A stretch of DNA of 32,000 nucleotides. Source: Dickeya dadantii NCPPB 898. Lineage in GTDB: Bacteria; Pseudomonadota; Gammaproteobacteria; Enterobacterales; Enterobacteriaceae. Shown here one piece after another: positions 18,721 to 26,802 of the stretch. A program made the translations under genes and the position numbers. Every line of letters begins with the position of its first letter. Positions within the stretch are counted from its first letter, which is position 1. Under the pieces are notes generated by a model, which saw nothing but the letters and a program-made list of their open reading frames with translations, did no database searches and had not been told where the DNA came from. Location: contig NZ_CM001976.1 in assembly GCF_000406145.1 (NCBI RefSeq), positions 2,891,337-2,923,336 of the forward strand, written 5' to 3'.

Positions 18721-19926
18721 ATGACTTTACACACTGCCCCGATACTGACCTCATTGCTGGATACCGACGCCTATAAACTGCACATGCAACAGGCGGTGTA
18801 CCATCACTACCATGATGTGCATGTAGCCGCCGAATTTCGCTGCCGCGGCGATGAATTGTTAGGAAGCTATGCCGATGAGATCCGGGCGCAGGTAGAGGCC
18901 ATGAGCCAACTGTCGCTGCATGACGATGAGTACGCCTACCTCGCCTCGCTGCCGTTTTTCAAAACCGACTATCTCGACTGGCTGAAAACCTTCCGCTTTA
19001 ATCCGGCGCAAATCCGCGTCAGCAATCATCAGGGCAAGCTGGATATTCGTATCACCGGGCCGTGGCGCGAAGTGATTCTGTGGGAAGTGCCGCTGCTTGC
19101 GGTCATCAGTGAAGTGGTGCACCGCGCCCGCACGCCCGGCGAGCACGTCGCGGTTGCACTCAACCAGTTGCACGACACGCTGGCGCGGTTTCACCAGCAC
19201 AGCGCCGATACCGACCTCAGCCGCTTCAGACTGATGGATTTCGGCACCCGTCGTCGTTTCTCTCATGAAGTTCAGCACCAGATCGTGCGCACCCTCAAGG
19301 CGGAGTTCCCTTACCTGATCGGCACCAGCAACTACGACCTGGCACGGCGGCTGCAACTGACGCCGGTCGGAACCCAGGCGCACGAATGGTTCCAGGCCCA
19401 TCAGCAGATCAGCCCAACGCTGGCCAGCAGCCAACGCGCCGCGCTGGATGCCTGGCTGCTGGAATACCCGGAGCAGCTCGGTATCGCGCTGACCGACTGC
19501 ATCACCATGGACGCCTTCCTGCGCGACTTTGACCTACAATTCGCCCGTCGTTATCAGGGATTACGGCATGATTCCGGCGACCCGATCGAATGGGGTGAAA
19601 AAGCCATCGCCCATTATCATGCGCTGGATATCGATCCAATGAGTAAAACGCTGGTGTTCTCCGATAACCTCAATCTGGAAAAAGCGCTGCACCTTTATCG
19701 CCACTTCGGGCAACGCATCAACGTGGTCTTCGGTATCGGCACTCGCCTGACCTGCGATATCCCCGGTGTCAAGCCGTTGAATATCGTCATCAAACTGGTG
19801 GAGTGTAACGGCAAACCGGTGGCCAAGCTGTCAGACAGCCCGGGAAAAACCATTTGCCAGGATCAGGCGTTCGTCAGCGAGCTGCGTAAAGCGTTTGATC
19901 TGCCGCGAGTAAAAAAAGCCTCCTGA
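18721..19926 (+). CDS. pncB: PncB, nicotinate phosphoribosyltransferase
   Basis: 401-aa ORF beginning [30 protein letters not shown]...DFGTRRRFS...PVGTQAHEW...LRHDSGDP. These are typical PncB motifs, and the position next to asnS and pepN is conserved. Confidence 0.95.
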   Translation: MTLHTAPILTSLLDTDAYKLHMQQAVYHHYHDVHVAAEFRCRGDELLGSYADEIRAQVEAMSQLSLHDDEYAYLASLPFFKTDYLDWLKTFRFNPAQIRVSNHQGKLDIRITGPWREVILWEVPLLAVISEVVHRARTPGEHVAVALNQLHDTLARFHQHSADTDLSRFRLMDFGTRRRFSHEVQHQIVRTLKAEFPYLIGTSNYDLARRLQLTPVGTQAHEWFQAHQQISPTLASSQRAALDAWLLEYPEQLGIALTDCITMDAFLRDFDLQFARRYQGLRHDSGDPIEWGEKAIAHYHALDIDPMSKTLVFSDNLNLEKALHLYRHFGQRINVVFGIGTRLTCDIPGVKPLNIVIKLVECNGKPVAKLSDSPGKTICQDQAFVSELRKAFDLPRVKKAS

Positions 19927-19959
19927 ACGTCGCGCCTTCCGCACGACTGACTACTCTTT

Positions 19960-19994
19960 AAGCCAGCAGCACCGGAATCGCGTAAAACTTGGCG
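19960..19994 (+). terminator. Candidate pncB terminator hairpin
   Basis: CACCGGAAtCGCGtaaaacttggCGCGTTCCGGTG is followed by atttctgcttgtgt, which is only a weak U-tract. Confidence 0.45.
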
Positions 19995-20104
19995 CGTTCC
20001 GGTGATTTCTGCTTGTGTCCTGCCTAACGACAAGTAACATAACGAAACGCCCGTTTCCGGGCAGTGACAGTTACCCATTAAATTTCACCAATAGAGAGAA
20101 TGTT

Positions 20105-21505
20105 ATGAGCGTAGTGCCTGTAGTCGACGTACTGCAAGGCCGTGTCGCCGTTGACAGTGACGTCACCGTGCGCGGCTGGGTACGTACCCGGAGAGACTCT
20201 AAAGCCGGTATTTCCTTTATTGCCGTCTATGACGGTTCCTGCTTTGATTCGCTACAGGCCGTCGTCAATAATAATCTTGCCAATTACCAGAGCGATGTCC
20301 TGCGTCTGACTACCGGCTGCTCGGTGGAAGTGACCGGCAAAGTGGTGGAGTCCCCCGGCGAAGGCCAGAGCTTTGAGCTGCAGGCTAGCGAACTCAAGGT
20401 CGTCGGCTGGGTGGAAGATCCTGATACCTACCCGATGGCGGCCAAACGCCACAGCATCGAATACCTGCGTGAAGTCGCGCACTTGCGCCCACGCACCAAC
20501 CTGGTCGGTGCCGTCGCCCGTGTGCGCCACACGCTGGCGCAGGCGATCCACCGGTACTTCCACCAGAGCGGTTTCTACTGGGTATCCACCCCGATCATTA
20601 CCGCCTCCGATACCGAAGGTGCCGGCGAGATGTTCCGGGTATCCACACTGGACCTGGAAAACCTGCCGCGCAACGATCAGGGCAAAGTAGATTTCAGCGA
20701 AGATTTCTTCGGTAAAGAAGCGTTCCTGACCGTATCCGGCCAGCTTAACGGCGAAACCTATGCCTGTGCATTGTCCAAAATCTACACCTTTGGGCCGACC
20801 TTCCGTGCTGAAAACTCCAACACCAGCCGCCATCTGGCGGAGTTCTGGATGATCGAACCGGAAGTGGCATTTGCAACGCTGGACGACGTCGCCGCACTGG
20901 CGGAAAACCTGCTGAAGTTTGTGTTCAAGGCTGTACTCGAAGAACGTGCCGATGACATGAAATTCTTCGCTGAACGCGTAGATAAAGAAGCGATCAGCCG
21001 GCTGGAGCGTTTTGTCAGCTCCGACTTCGCCCAGGTGGATTACACCGATGCCATCACCATTCTGGAAAACTGCGGGCAGACGTTTGAAAACCCGGTGTCC
21101 TGGGGCATCGACCTGTCCTCCGAGCACGAACGCTATCTGGCGGAGAAACACTTCCAGGCACCCGTCGTCGTCAAAAATTACCCGAAAGACATCAAAGCCT
21201 TTTATATGCGCATGAACAACGACGGCAAAACCGTGGCGGCGATGGACGTGCTGGCACCGGGCATTGGCGAGATTATCGGTGGTTCCCAGCGTGAAGAACG
21301 TCTGGAACAGTTGGATATCCGCCTGGAAGAAATGGGGCTCAGTAAGGAAGATTACTGGTGGTACCGTGATCTGCGTCGTTACGGCACCATTCCTCACTCT
21401 GGTTTCGGTCTTGGTTTTGAACGTTTGATTGCTTATGTAACCGGTGTACAAAATGTGCGCGATGTCATTCCGTTCCCGCGCACACCGCGCAGCGCCACCT
21501 TCTAA
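20105..21505 (+). CDS. asnS: AsnS, asparagine--tRNA ligase
   Basis: [47 protein letters not shown] is nearly identical to the E. coli AsnS N-terminus, and the 466-aa length matches. The track start at 20015 is a 30-codon over-extension. GAGAGAA lies upstream of ATG 20105. Confidence 0.96.
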   Translation: MSVVPVVDVLQGRVAVDSDVTVRGWVRTRRDSKAGISFIAVYDGSCFDSLQAVVNNNLANYQSDVLRLTTGCSVEVTGKVVESPGEGQSFELQASELKVVGWVEDPDTYPMAAKRHSIEYLREVAHLRPRTNLVGAVARVRHTLAQAIHRYFHQSGFYWVSTPIITASDTEGAGEMFRVSTLDLENLPRNDQGKVDFSEDFFGKEAFLTVSGQLNGETYACALSKIYTFGPTFRAENSNTSRHLAEFWMIEPEVAFATLDDVAALAENLLKFVFKAVLEERADDMKFFAERVDKEAISRLERFVSSDFAQVDYTDAITILENCGQTFENPVSWGIDLSSEHERYLAEKHFQAPVVVKNYPKDIKAFYMRMNNDGKTVAAMDVLAPGIGEIIGGSQREERLEQLDIRLEEMGLSKEDYWWYRDLRRYGTIPHSGFGLGFERLIAYVTGVQNVRDVIPFPRTPRSATF

Positions 21506-21541
21506 GCAAAAAATAACATAAGAAAAACAGATATATGTAAT

Positions 21542-21577
21542 AAGAAGGGCACCTTATGGGTGCCCTTCTTTTTTTAT
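21542..21577 (+). terminator. Rho-independent terminator of asnS
   Basis: AAGAAGGGCACcttatgGGTGCCCTTCTT is followed by tttttatttt. Confidence 0.85.
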
Positions 21578-21589
21578 TTTAGAGTTTGC

Positions 21590-21799
21590 TCACAAAGTTC
21601 CGTAAATTTTACAATATGAAACACATATTTTCCAATGGTTACTCGAATTAGAAATTAGTATCATTTAAAGAGTAGATTAACGGGCGGGTGAATGGAAAAC
21701 TGCGTTCAGACACAGGAAGACAACTGGATTCACATTAAAGTTCCGTCAGAATTCTTTTACTGTGATCCAGCTGTCTTAATAACACCAATGAGGGTAATA
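21590..21799 (+). promoter_or_regulatory. ompF-type promoter and 5' leader of porin 1
   Basis: Several blocks are shared with the E. coli ompF control region as I recall it. gaatggAAAACTgcgttcAGACACAGGAAGACAAC matches gaatggAAAGATgcctgcAGACACATAAAGACACC. AGTTCCGTcAgAATTcTTTT matches AGTTCCGTAAATTTTT. ATGAGGGTAATAATGATGAAGCGC covers the SD and start region. Upstream AT-rich tgaaaca/ggttac motifs resemble OmpR half-sites. Confidence 0.55.
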
Positions 21800-22903
21800 A
21801 TGATGAAGCGCAATCTTCTTGCAGTGGTAATCCCGGCTCTGTTGGCTGCCGGCGCAGCTAACGCGGCTGAAGTGTACAACAAAGACGGTAACAAGCTGGA
21901 CCTGAACGGTAAAGTTGTTGGCCTGCACTACTTCTCCAAAGATGACAACAACAAAGGCGATCAAAGCTATGTTCGTCTGGGTTTCAAAGGCGAAACACAG
22001 ATTACGAAAGATCTGACCGGTTATGGTCGTTTTGAACATAACTTTAACGCTAGCCAGGCTGAAGACACCAATGGTGGCGCTAATGCTAGTAAAACTCGTT
22101 ATGCGTATGCTGGCCTGAAATTTAGTGATTTCGGTTCTATTGATTACGGTCGTAACCGTAGCGTTGCGTATGATGGTATCTCTTACACCGACGTACTGCC
22201 GGAATTTGGTGGCGACCAGGCATACACCGATAACCTGACTAGTCGTAACTCTGGTGTTGCTACTTACCGTAACAAGAACTTCTTCGGTCTGGTAGATGGT
22301 TGGGATTTCGCTCTGGGCTACCAATCAGCACATAGCGACTCAAGCAGAATTCAGAAGCAAACTGGCGCTGGCTGGGCAATTTCTTCTAGCTATACAGCAC
22401 CGTTTGGTGTCGGTGTTGTTGGGTCATATACTCAAGCCAATCGCTCCGAAACTCAAATTGCCGATGGCCGTGGTGATAAAGCCGAAGCTTGGGCGACCGG
22501 TCTGAAATACGACGCAAACAATGTCTATGTTGCTGCCACCTATGGCGAATACCACAACCTGACTTATATTGCTAACAGTACATTCAGTAACAACACATCT
22601 AGTGCAATCCGCGGCAACAATGCTTTTGATAAGACAAAAATCTTTGAAGCCGTTGCTCAGTACAACTTTGACTTCGGTCTGACACCGAGTATTGGTTATG
22701 TCACAGCCAAAGGCGAAGACAATACCTCTGCTGCACGTACCGATGATTACATTACCAAATATGTTAGCTTAGGTATGACTTACTCATTTAATAAGAACTT
22801 CTCTACCTACACAGAATACGATATCAACCTGCTGGACAGCAACAACGCTTACGGTTTGTCCACTAACGACATCGTTGCTGTCGGTATAGTTTATCAGTTC
22901 TAA
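21800..22903 (+). CDS. ompF: OmpF/OmpC/PhoE-family general porin, paralogue 1 (positional ompF homologue)
   Basis: Signal peptide MMKRNLLAVVIPALLAAGAANA is followed by mature AEVYNKDGNKLDLNGKV. The L3 motif PEFGGD, the KYDANNVYVAATYGE segment and the C-terminal VGIVYQF are present. The start is set at the ATGATG after the GAGGG SD, as in E. coli ompF. The track start at 21692 is an over-extension. Confidence 0.9.
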   Translation: MMKRNLLAVVIPALLAAGAANAAEVYNKDGNKLDLNGKVVGLHYFSKDDNNKGDQSYVRLGFKGETQITKDLTGYGRFEHNFNASQAEDTNGGANASKTRYAYAGLKFSDFGSIDYGRNRSVAYDGISYTDVLPEFGGDQAYTDNLTSRNSGVATYRNKNFFGLVDGWDFALGYQSAHSDSSRIQKQTGAGWAISSSYTAPFGVGVVGSYTQANRSETQIADGRGDKAEAWATGLKYDANNVYVAATYGEYHNLTYIANSTFSNNTSSAIRGNNAFDKTKIFEAVAQYNFDFGLTPSIGYVTAKGEDNTSAARTDDYITKYVSLGMTYSFNKNFSTYTEYDINLLDSNNAYGLSTNDIVAVGIVYQF

Positions 22904-22957
22904 TCGGATTAGCTATTGCTGCATGATTTTATTGTAGCAATATCAATGCTACCTATA

Positions 22958-22992
22958 CCGCCGACTAATGTATTTTGGTCGGCGTTTTTTTC
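22958..22992 (+). terminator. Rho-independent terminator of porin 1
   Basis: CGCCGACtaatgtattttgGTCGGCG is followed by ttttttt. Confidence 0.8.
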
Positions 22993-23229
22993 TTGAACAC
23001 CTGACATAGTCTTCATATTTATTATGCCTAGGCATAACATAACAAAAATTCCCCGTCTGAATACACTTTATCGTCCCTCTAAACCATTACCGCTACGTGA
23101 CAGAAAAATTTATTTTTTATTAAACCAAAAAACACATTACTAAAAAAACCATAAACCTTTCATAACCAGCGAGTGAAATCTCACCACTTAGATGTCAAAT
23201 ATATTACTGTTTTATTTCATTTTTATAAA

Positions 23230-23435
23230 AAGCAATATTTAATTAGTAATTTGACACAAAATCTTTAAAAATGTTTCCATTTTGTCACATTGGTAGCATA
23301 TTCATTGTAGATAAACCCAATACCTGATGAAACACTGCCAGCGGACACAGAAAGACACCTGCTTAGATGAGAAGTTCCTTACAGATTTTTCTGTAATACC
23401 GATGCAGGTGATATAACACAACGAGGGTATTGATA
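23230..23435 (+). promoter_or_regulatory. ompF-type promoter and 5' leader of porin 2
   Basis: gatgAAACACtgccagcgGACACAGAAAGACACC, AGTTCCtTAcAgATTTTT and GAGGGTATTGATAATGATGAAGCGTAATATTCTGGCAGTGG parallel both the porin 1 leader and the E. coli ompF leader. The upstream segment aaatctttaaaaatgtttccattttgtcacattggtagcat resembles the OmpR F-site region. Confidence 0.55.
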
Positions 23436-24542
23436 ATGATGAAGCGTAATATTCTGGCAGTGGTTATCCCGGCACTGTTGGCTGCAGGCGCAGCCAACGC
23501 AGCAGAAGTGTACAACAAAGACGGCAACAAACTGGACCTGAACGGTAAAATTGATGGTCTGCACTACTTCTCCAAAGATAACGGCAACAGCGGCGACAAA
23601 ACTTACGCCCGTCTGGGTTTCTTGGGTGAAACCAAAATCAACAGCGATTTGACTGGTTACGGCCGTTTAGAATACCAATTCAATGCCGCTAACGCTGAAG
23701 ATACTAACGGTGCCAACGGTAAAACCCGCTATGCTTACGCTGGTTTGAAATTTGCCAACTTTGGTTCTCTGGATTACGGTCGTAACCGCAACGTGTCTTA
23801 CGACGGTATCTCTTATACCGACGTGCTGCCGGAATGGGGCGGTGATTCTGCTTACACCAACAGCTTTACTGGTCGTAGCTCTGGTGTTGCCAACTATCGC
23901 AACAAGAACTTCTTCGGTCTGGTTGATGGCCTGAACTTCGGCCTGAGCTACCAGTCTGCACATACTGACTCCACTAATGTCAGAAACAACCTTGGTGCTG
24001 GATACGCCCTATCTACCTCCTATACTTCTGCGATGGGCGTAGGCATTACCGGGTCTTACGGCCATGTTAATCGTGCAAACAAAGCCAATGGTTCTTCTGT
24101 AATTGACGATGGTCGCGGCACTGATGCAGAAATGTGGGCTACTGGCCTGAAATACGATGCCAACAGCATCTATGTGGCAGCAACTTACGGTGAATACCGT
24201 AACCTGTCCTATGTTGGTTTCAGCTCCTTCAACACTGGCTCAACCAGATCTGGCGGTACTGCTTTTGACAAAACACAAGTTTTTGAAGCTGTTGCCCAGT
24301 ACGCATTTGACTTCGGCCTGAAACCATCTATCGCTTATGTTTCTGCTAAAGCGAAAGATGATACTGCTGCAACAACTCAGAATGATTACATCGTGAAATA
24401 TGTCAGCTATGCTCTGACCTATTCCTTCAATAAGAACTTCTCGACCTATACAGAGTATGACATGAACCTGCTGAGCAGTAGCAATGCATACAAAATGGCA
24501 ACTGACGACCGCGTTGCTGTAGGTATGGTTTACCAGTTCTAA
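23436..24542 (+). CDS. ompF: OmpF/OmpC/PhoE-family general porin, paralogue 2
   Basis: Signal peptide MMKRNILAVVIPALLAAGAANA is followed by mature AEVYNKDGNKLDLNGKI. TYARLGFLGETKINSDLTGYG, PEWGGD, FFGLVDGLNFGLSYQ, LKPSIAYVSAKAKD and VGMVYQF are present. Of the three it is the closest to E. coli OmpF in these blocks. The track's first two codons (TTG-ATA) are dropped in favour of ATG 23436. Confidence 0.9.
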   Translation: MMKRNILAVVIPALLAAGAANAAEVYNKDGNKLDLNGKIDGLHYFSKDNGNSGDKTYARLGFLGETKINSDLTGYGRLEYQFNAANAEDTNGANGKTRYAYAGLKFANFGSLDYGRNRNVSYDGISYTDVLPEWGGDSAYTNSFTGRSSGVANYRNKNFFGLVDGLNFGLSYQSAHTDSTNVRNNLGAGYALSTSYTSAMGVGITGSYGHVNRANKANGSSVIDDGRGTDAEMWATGLKYDANSIYVAATYGEYRNLSYVGFSSFNTGSTRSGGTAFDKTQVFEAVAQYAFDFGLKPSIAYVSAKAKDDTAATTQNDYIVKYVSYALTYSFNKNFSTYTEYDMNLLSSSNAYKMATDDRVAVGMVYQF

Positions 24543-24574
24543 CTTAGTATCACTTTTCTGAATAGATACTGCAT

Positions 24575-24605
24575 AAAGCCGAGGCATAGCCTCGGCTTTA
24601 TTTTT
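24575..24605 (+). terminator. Rho-independent terminator of porin 2
   Basis: AAAGCCGAGGCataGCCTCGGCTTT forms a perfect 11-bp stem with a 3-nt loop and is followed by attttt. Confidence 0.85.
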
Positions 24606-24620
24606 GGGTCTGGCCCGTCC

Positions 24621-24781
24621 TGAATAGTGTTGACACGTTCCAGACTTAAATCCGGAGAACGTGATGATGGCAGAATTCAAACGTACCCAGCGTGATTATC
24701 CTCTATCCGTTAAATTAGCCGTTGTTGAGTGAACAGGTCGAAAAAGGCGAAATGACCTACAAACAGGCTCAGCACCGATGA
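24621..24781 (+). mobile_element. Remnant of an IS3-family insertion sequence: putative left end plus a frameshifted, truncated orfA (HTH transposase N-terminus)
   Basis: TGAATAGTGTTGACAC (a TG-initiated end typical of IS3 inverted repeats) is followed by ATGATGGCAGAATTCAAACGT. This translates to MMAEFKRTQRDYPLSVKLAVVE and then stops. In the +1 frame it continues EQVEKGEMTYKQAQHR and stops again. The joined sequence resembles IS3-family OrfA proteins (...DYPLSFKLAVVEQVEKGEMTYKQAQ...) from memory. No orfB or right end is present. Confidence 0.5.
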
Positions 24782-24814
24782 GACACCTCATAAGACATTT
24801 ATACCACCAACAAC

Positions 24815-24860
24815 CATTATTTCCGTTTCTTTTGATGCAAACAGTTGGCAACGCCGGGCG
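24815..24860 (+). repeat. Copy A of a 46-bp segment duplicated 1891 bp downstream, immediately upstream of aspC
   Basis: tatttccgtttcttttgatgcaaacAgttggcaaCgccggGcg (24818-24860) matches tatttccgtttcttttgatgcaaacGgttggcaaAgccggAcg (26709-26751) at 40 of 43 positions, with a 25-bp exact core. Confidence 0.85.
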
Positions 24861-25532
24861 ATACTTAAAAAGCTCTGCCGGTGCTACTTACCTGATTCTG
24901 GAACTGACCTCAGCAATAGTCTATCTGGTTAGTGATGCCGAACAGTTAAGCCTGCCAGACAGAAAACCACGGGGAAAGATTCCCAGGGGAATGCCTTCCC
25001 TTAAGGTTGGCCCAGTTTGCTTTGATGCGGCACTGACAAGCATTACCTATCTTATTAAGATTATTTCAATTGCCGCTTAGCACCAAGACCATATCCACAC
25101 GCCTCGCTGATACGCACCAGAGAACGCGAGGTGCTTGCCAGCGGCACCACTGGCACCCTAAGCTTCCGGGATTCTGTCCCCCTGTAATCTGCAGTATGGC
25201 TGATATATTTATAAGAATAAAACTCGTGCTTAAATCAGTATTTAAAATCACATTTAAAATTAATAAAAATAAAACAAACAAATCCATCTTCAACCCATTG
25301 TTTATTATTAAAAAATAAAGAAATAAAAATGAAATGTAATATTTTGATTCGAATAAAAACATAATATTTCACCAACGCCGTTCTCGTATCATTTCCAATC
25401 TGACTAAAGCTTCCCCCCGATGTGAGACTGCTGATGGGCACAACAAAGCATCGGCAATATTTCTGCTGATTATCTATTGCCGCCAGAAAGAAGTGTCTCA
25501 ATGGTCAATAACACATAACGAGGGTAATGCGA

Positions 25533-26615
25533 ATGATGAAGCACTTGATAAATACGCTAACCACATCAGTATTGTTATTTTCAACTGGTCTGGTCAGTGC
25601 AGCTGAGGTTTATAATAAAGATGGTAATAAGCTTGATCTGTATGGCAAAGTACGATCAGCTTATTACTTTGGCGATAAAACCAATAGTTTCAAAGGGAAT
25701 GGTGATTCAACGTATGCACGTCTGGGGGTAAAAGGTGAATCACAGCTCACCCAGGGTATTACAGGTTACGGCAATTACGAATATCACTTTGATGCCAGCC
25801 GGGCGGAAGACGCCAACGCGGTTAACGGGAAAACACGCTACGCGTACGCCGGCTTGAAATTCAATAAATATGGCAGTATTGATTACGGAAGAAATAAAGG
25901 CATTGCCTACGACGGCTTATCCTATACTGACGTGTTGCCTGAATTTGGCAACGATCAAGGCTACACCGACAACATTACCGGTCGCACCTCTGGTGTGGCC
26001 ACGTATCGCAACAAAGATTTCTTCGGCATAGTCGATGGATGGGATATTGGTCTGCAATATCAATCCCGGCATAGTGACTCCAGCAATGCCGCACTTCAAG
26101 CCGGTAATGGCTGGGGAATATCTTCCGCCTATACGACACCTGTCGATATAGGCGTTATCGCATCTTATGAAACCGTCAACCGAACGACTGCACAGCGAGC
26201 GACAAGTGAAGGCAATAAAGCAGACGCCTGGGCAGCCGGAATAAAATATGATGCCAATAGTACCTATTTGGCGATTATGTATGGCATATTCCATAACCTG
26301 ACGCCAATAGGCACCTCAATCACCGCCTTTGCTGATAAAACCAGAATATTTGAAACTGTAGCGCAATATCACTTTGACTTTGGATTCACACCTTCTTTGG
26401 CATACGTATCTGCGAAGGCTGACGATGATACTGGTATCGGACAAGGCTCCAGCGGCTATACCACCCGATATGCCAGTTTAGGGGGCAATTACACGTTCAA
26501 TAAGAACATCGTCATGAATGTCGCCTACCTGCGCAATCTGATAAGCAGCGCCAATAACCCATTTGCCCGAAAGACCGATGATACCGTGTTCACCGGTCTG
26601 GTCTATCAGTTCTGA
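25533..26615 (+). CDS. OmpF/OmpC/PhoE-family general porin, divergent paralogue 3
   Basis: A divergent signal peptide MMKHLINTLTTSVLLFSTGLVSA is followed by mature AEVYNKDGNKLDLYGKV. PEFGND, KYDANSTYLAIMYG and TGLVYQF are present. The SD-start block GAGGGTAATGCGAATGATGAAG parallels the other two porins, so ATG 25533 is preferred over the track start 25527. Rare codons (AGA, GGA, ATA) are more frequent than in paralogues 1 and 2. Confidence 0.85.
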   Translation: MMKHLINTLTTSVLLFSTGLVSAAEVYNKDGNKLDLYGKVRSAYYFGDKTNSFKGNGDSTYARLGVKGESQLTQGITGYGNYEYHFDASRAEDANAVNGKTRYAYAGLKFNKYGSIDYGRNKGIAYDGLSYTDVLPEFGNDQGYTDNITGRTSGVATYRNKDFFGIVDGWDIGLQYQSRHSDSSNAALQAGNGWGISSAYTTPVDIGVIASYETVNRTTAQRATSEGNKADAWAAGIKYDANSTYLAIMYGIFHNLTPIGTSITAFADKTRIFETVAQYHFDFGFTPSLAYVSAKADDDTGIGQGSSGYTTRYASLGGNYTFNKNIVMNVAYLRNLISSANNPFARKTDDTVFTGLVYQF

Positions 26616-26636
26616 CTGACCCCATTCACGCTACCT

Positions 26637-26668
26637 ACGACAAAGTCGGCGCATGCGCCGACTTTGTC
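26637..26668 (+). terminator. Perfect 32-bp palindrome downstream of porin 3 (probable terminator hairpin, no clear U-tract)
   Basis: CGACAAAGTCGGCGCATGCGCCGACTTTGTCG is followed by gttatcagg. Confidence 0.5.
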
Positions 26669-26705
26669 GGTTATCAGGAAAAAATCCCGAGCTCCCTTCC
26701 GTCAT

Positions 26706-26751
26706 CACTATTTCCGTTTCTTTTGATGCAAACGGTTGGCAAAGCCGGACG
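26706..26751 (+). repeat. Copy B of the 46-bp duplicated segment, in the aspC upstream region
   Basis: See copy A at 24815-24860. Copy B ends 51 bp upstream of the aspC ATG. Confidence 0.85.
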
Positions 26752-26802
26752 CTGGCGTTAACCTGCTATTTCTGTTTACTCTCTGTCATGGATTACTTCG
26801 CA

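Noticed and set aside
20015-20104. N-terminal extensions offered by the ORF track for asnS (20015), porin 1 (21692), porin 2 (23430), porin 3 (25527), aspC (26653), ssuB (14538), ssuD (12621), ycbX (7200), mepK (29405) and ldtD (31302).
   Set aside because: In each case alignment to the E. coli orthologue N-terminus, a properly spaced SD, and for exported proteins the position of the signal peptide support the downstream start used in the feature table.
24778-25080. 100-aa plus-strand ORF in the porin 2-porin 3 spacer, together with the overlapping small ORFs at 25070-25318, 25066-25362 and 25235-25501.
   Set aside because: None has an SD. The first starts inside the IS remnant and reads through the duplicated aspC-upstream segment. 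The others lie in the >80% AT tract and encode implausible I/K/F/N-rich peptides. I recognise no domain signature in any frame on either strand.
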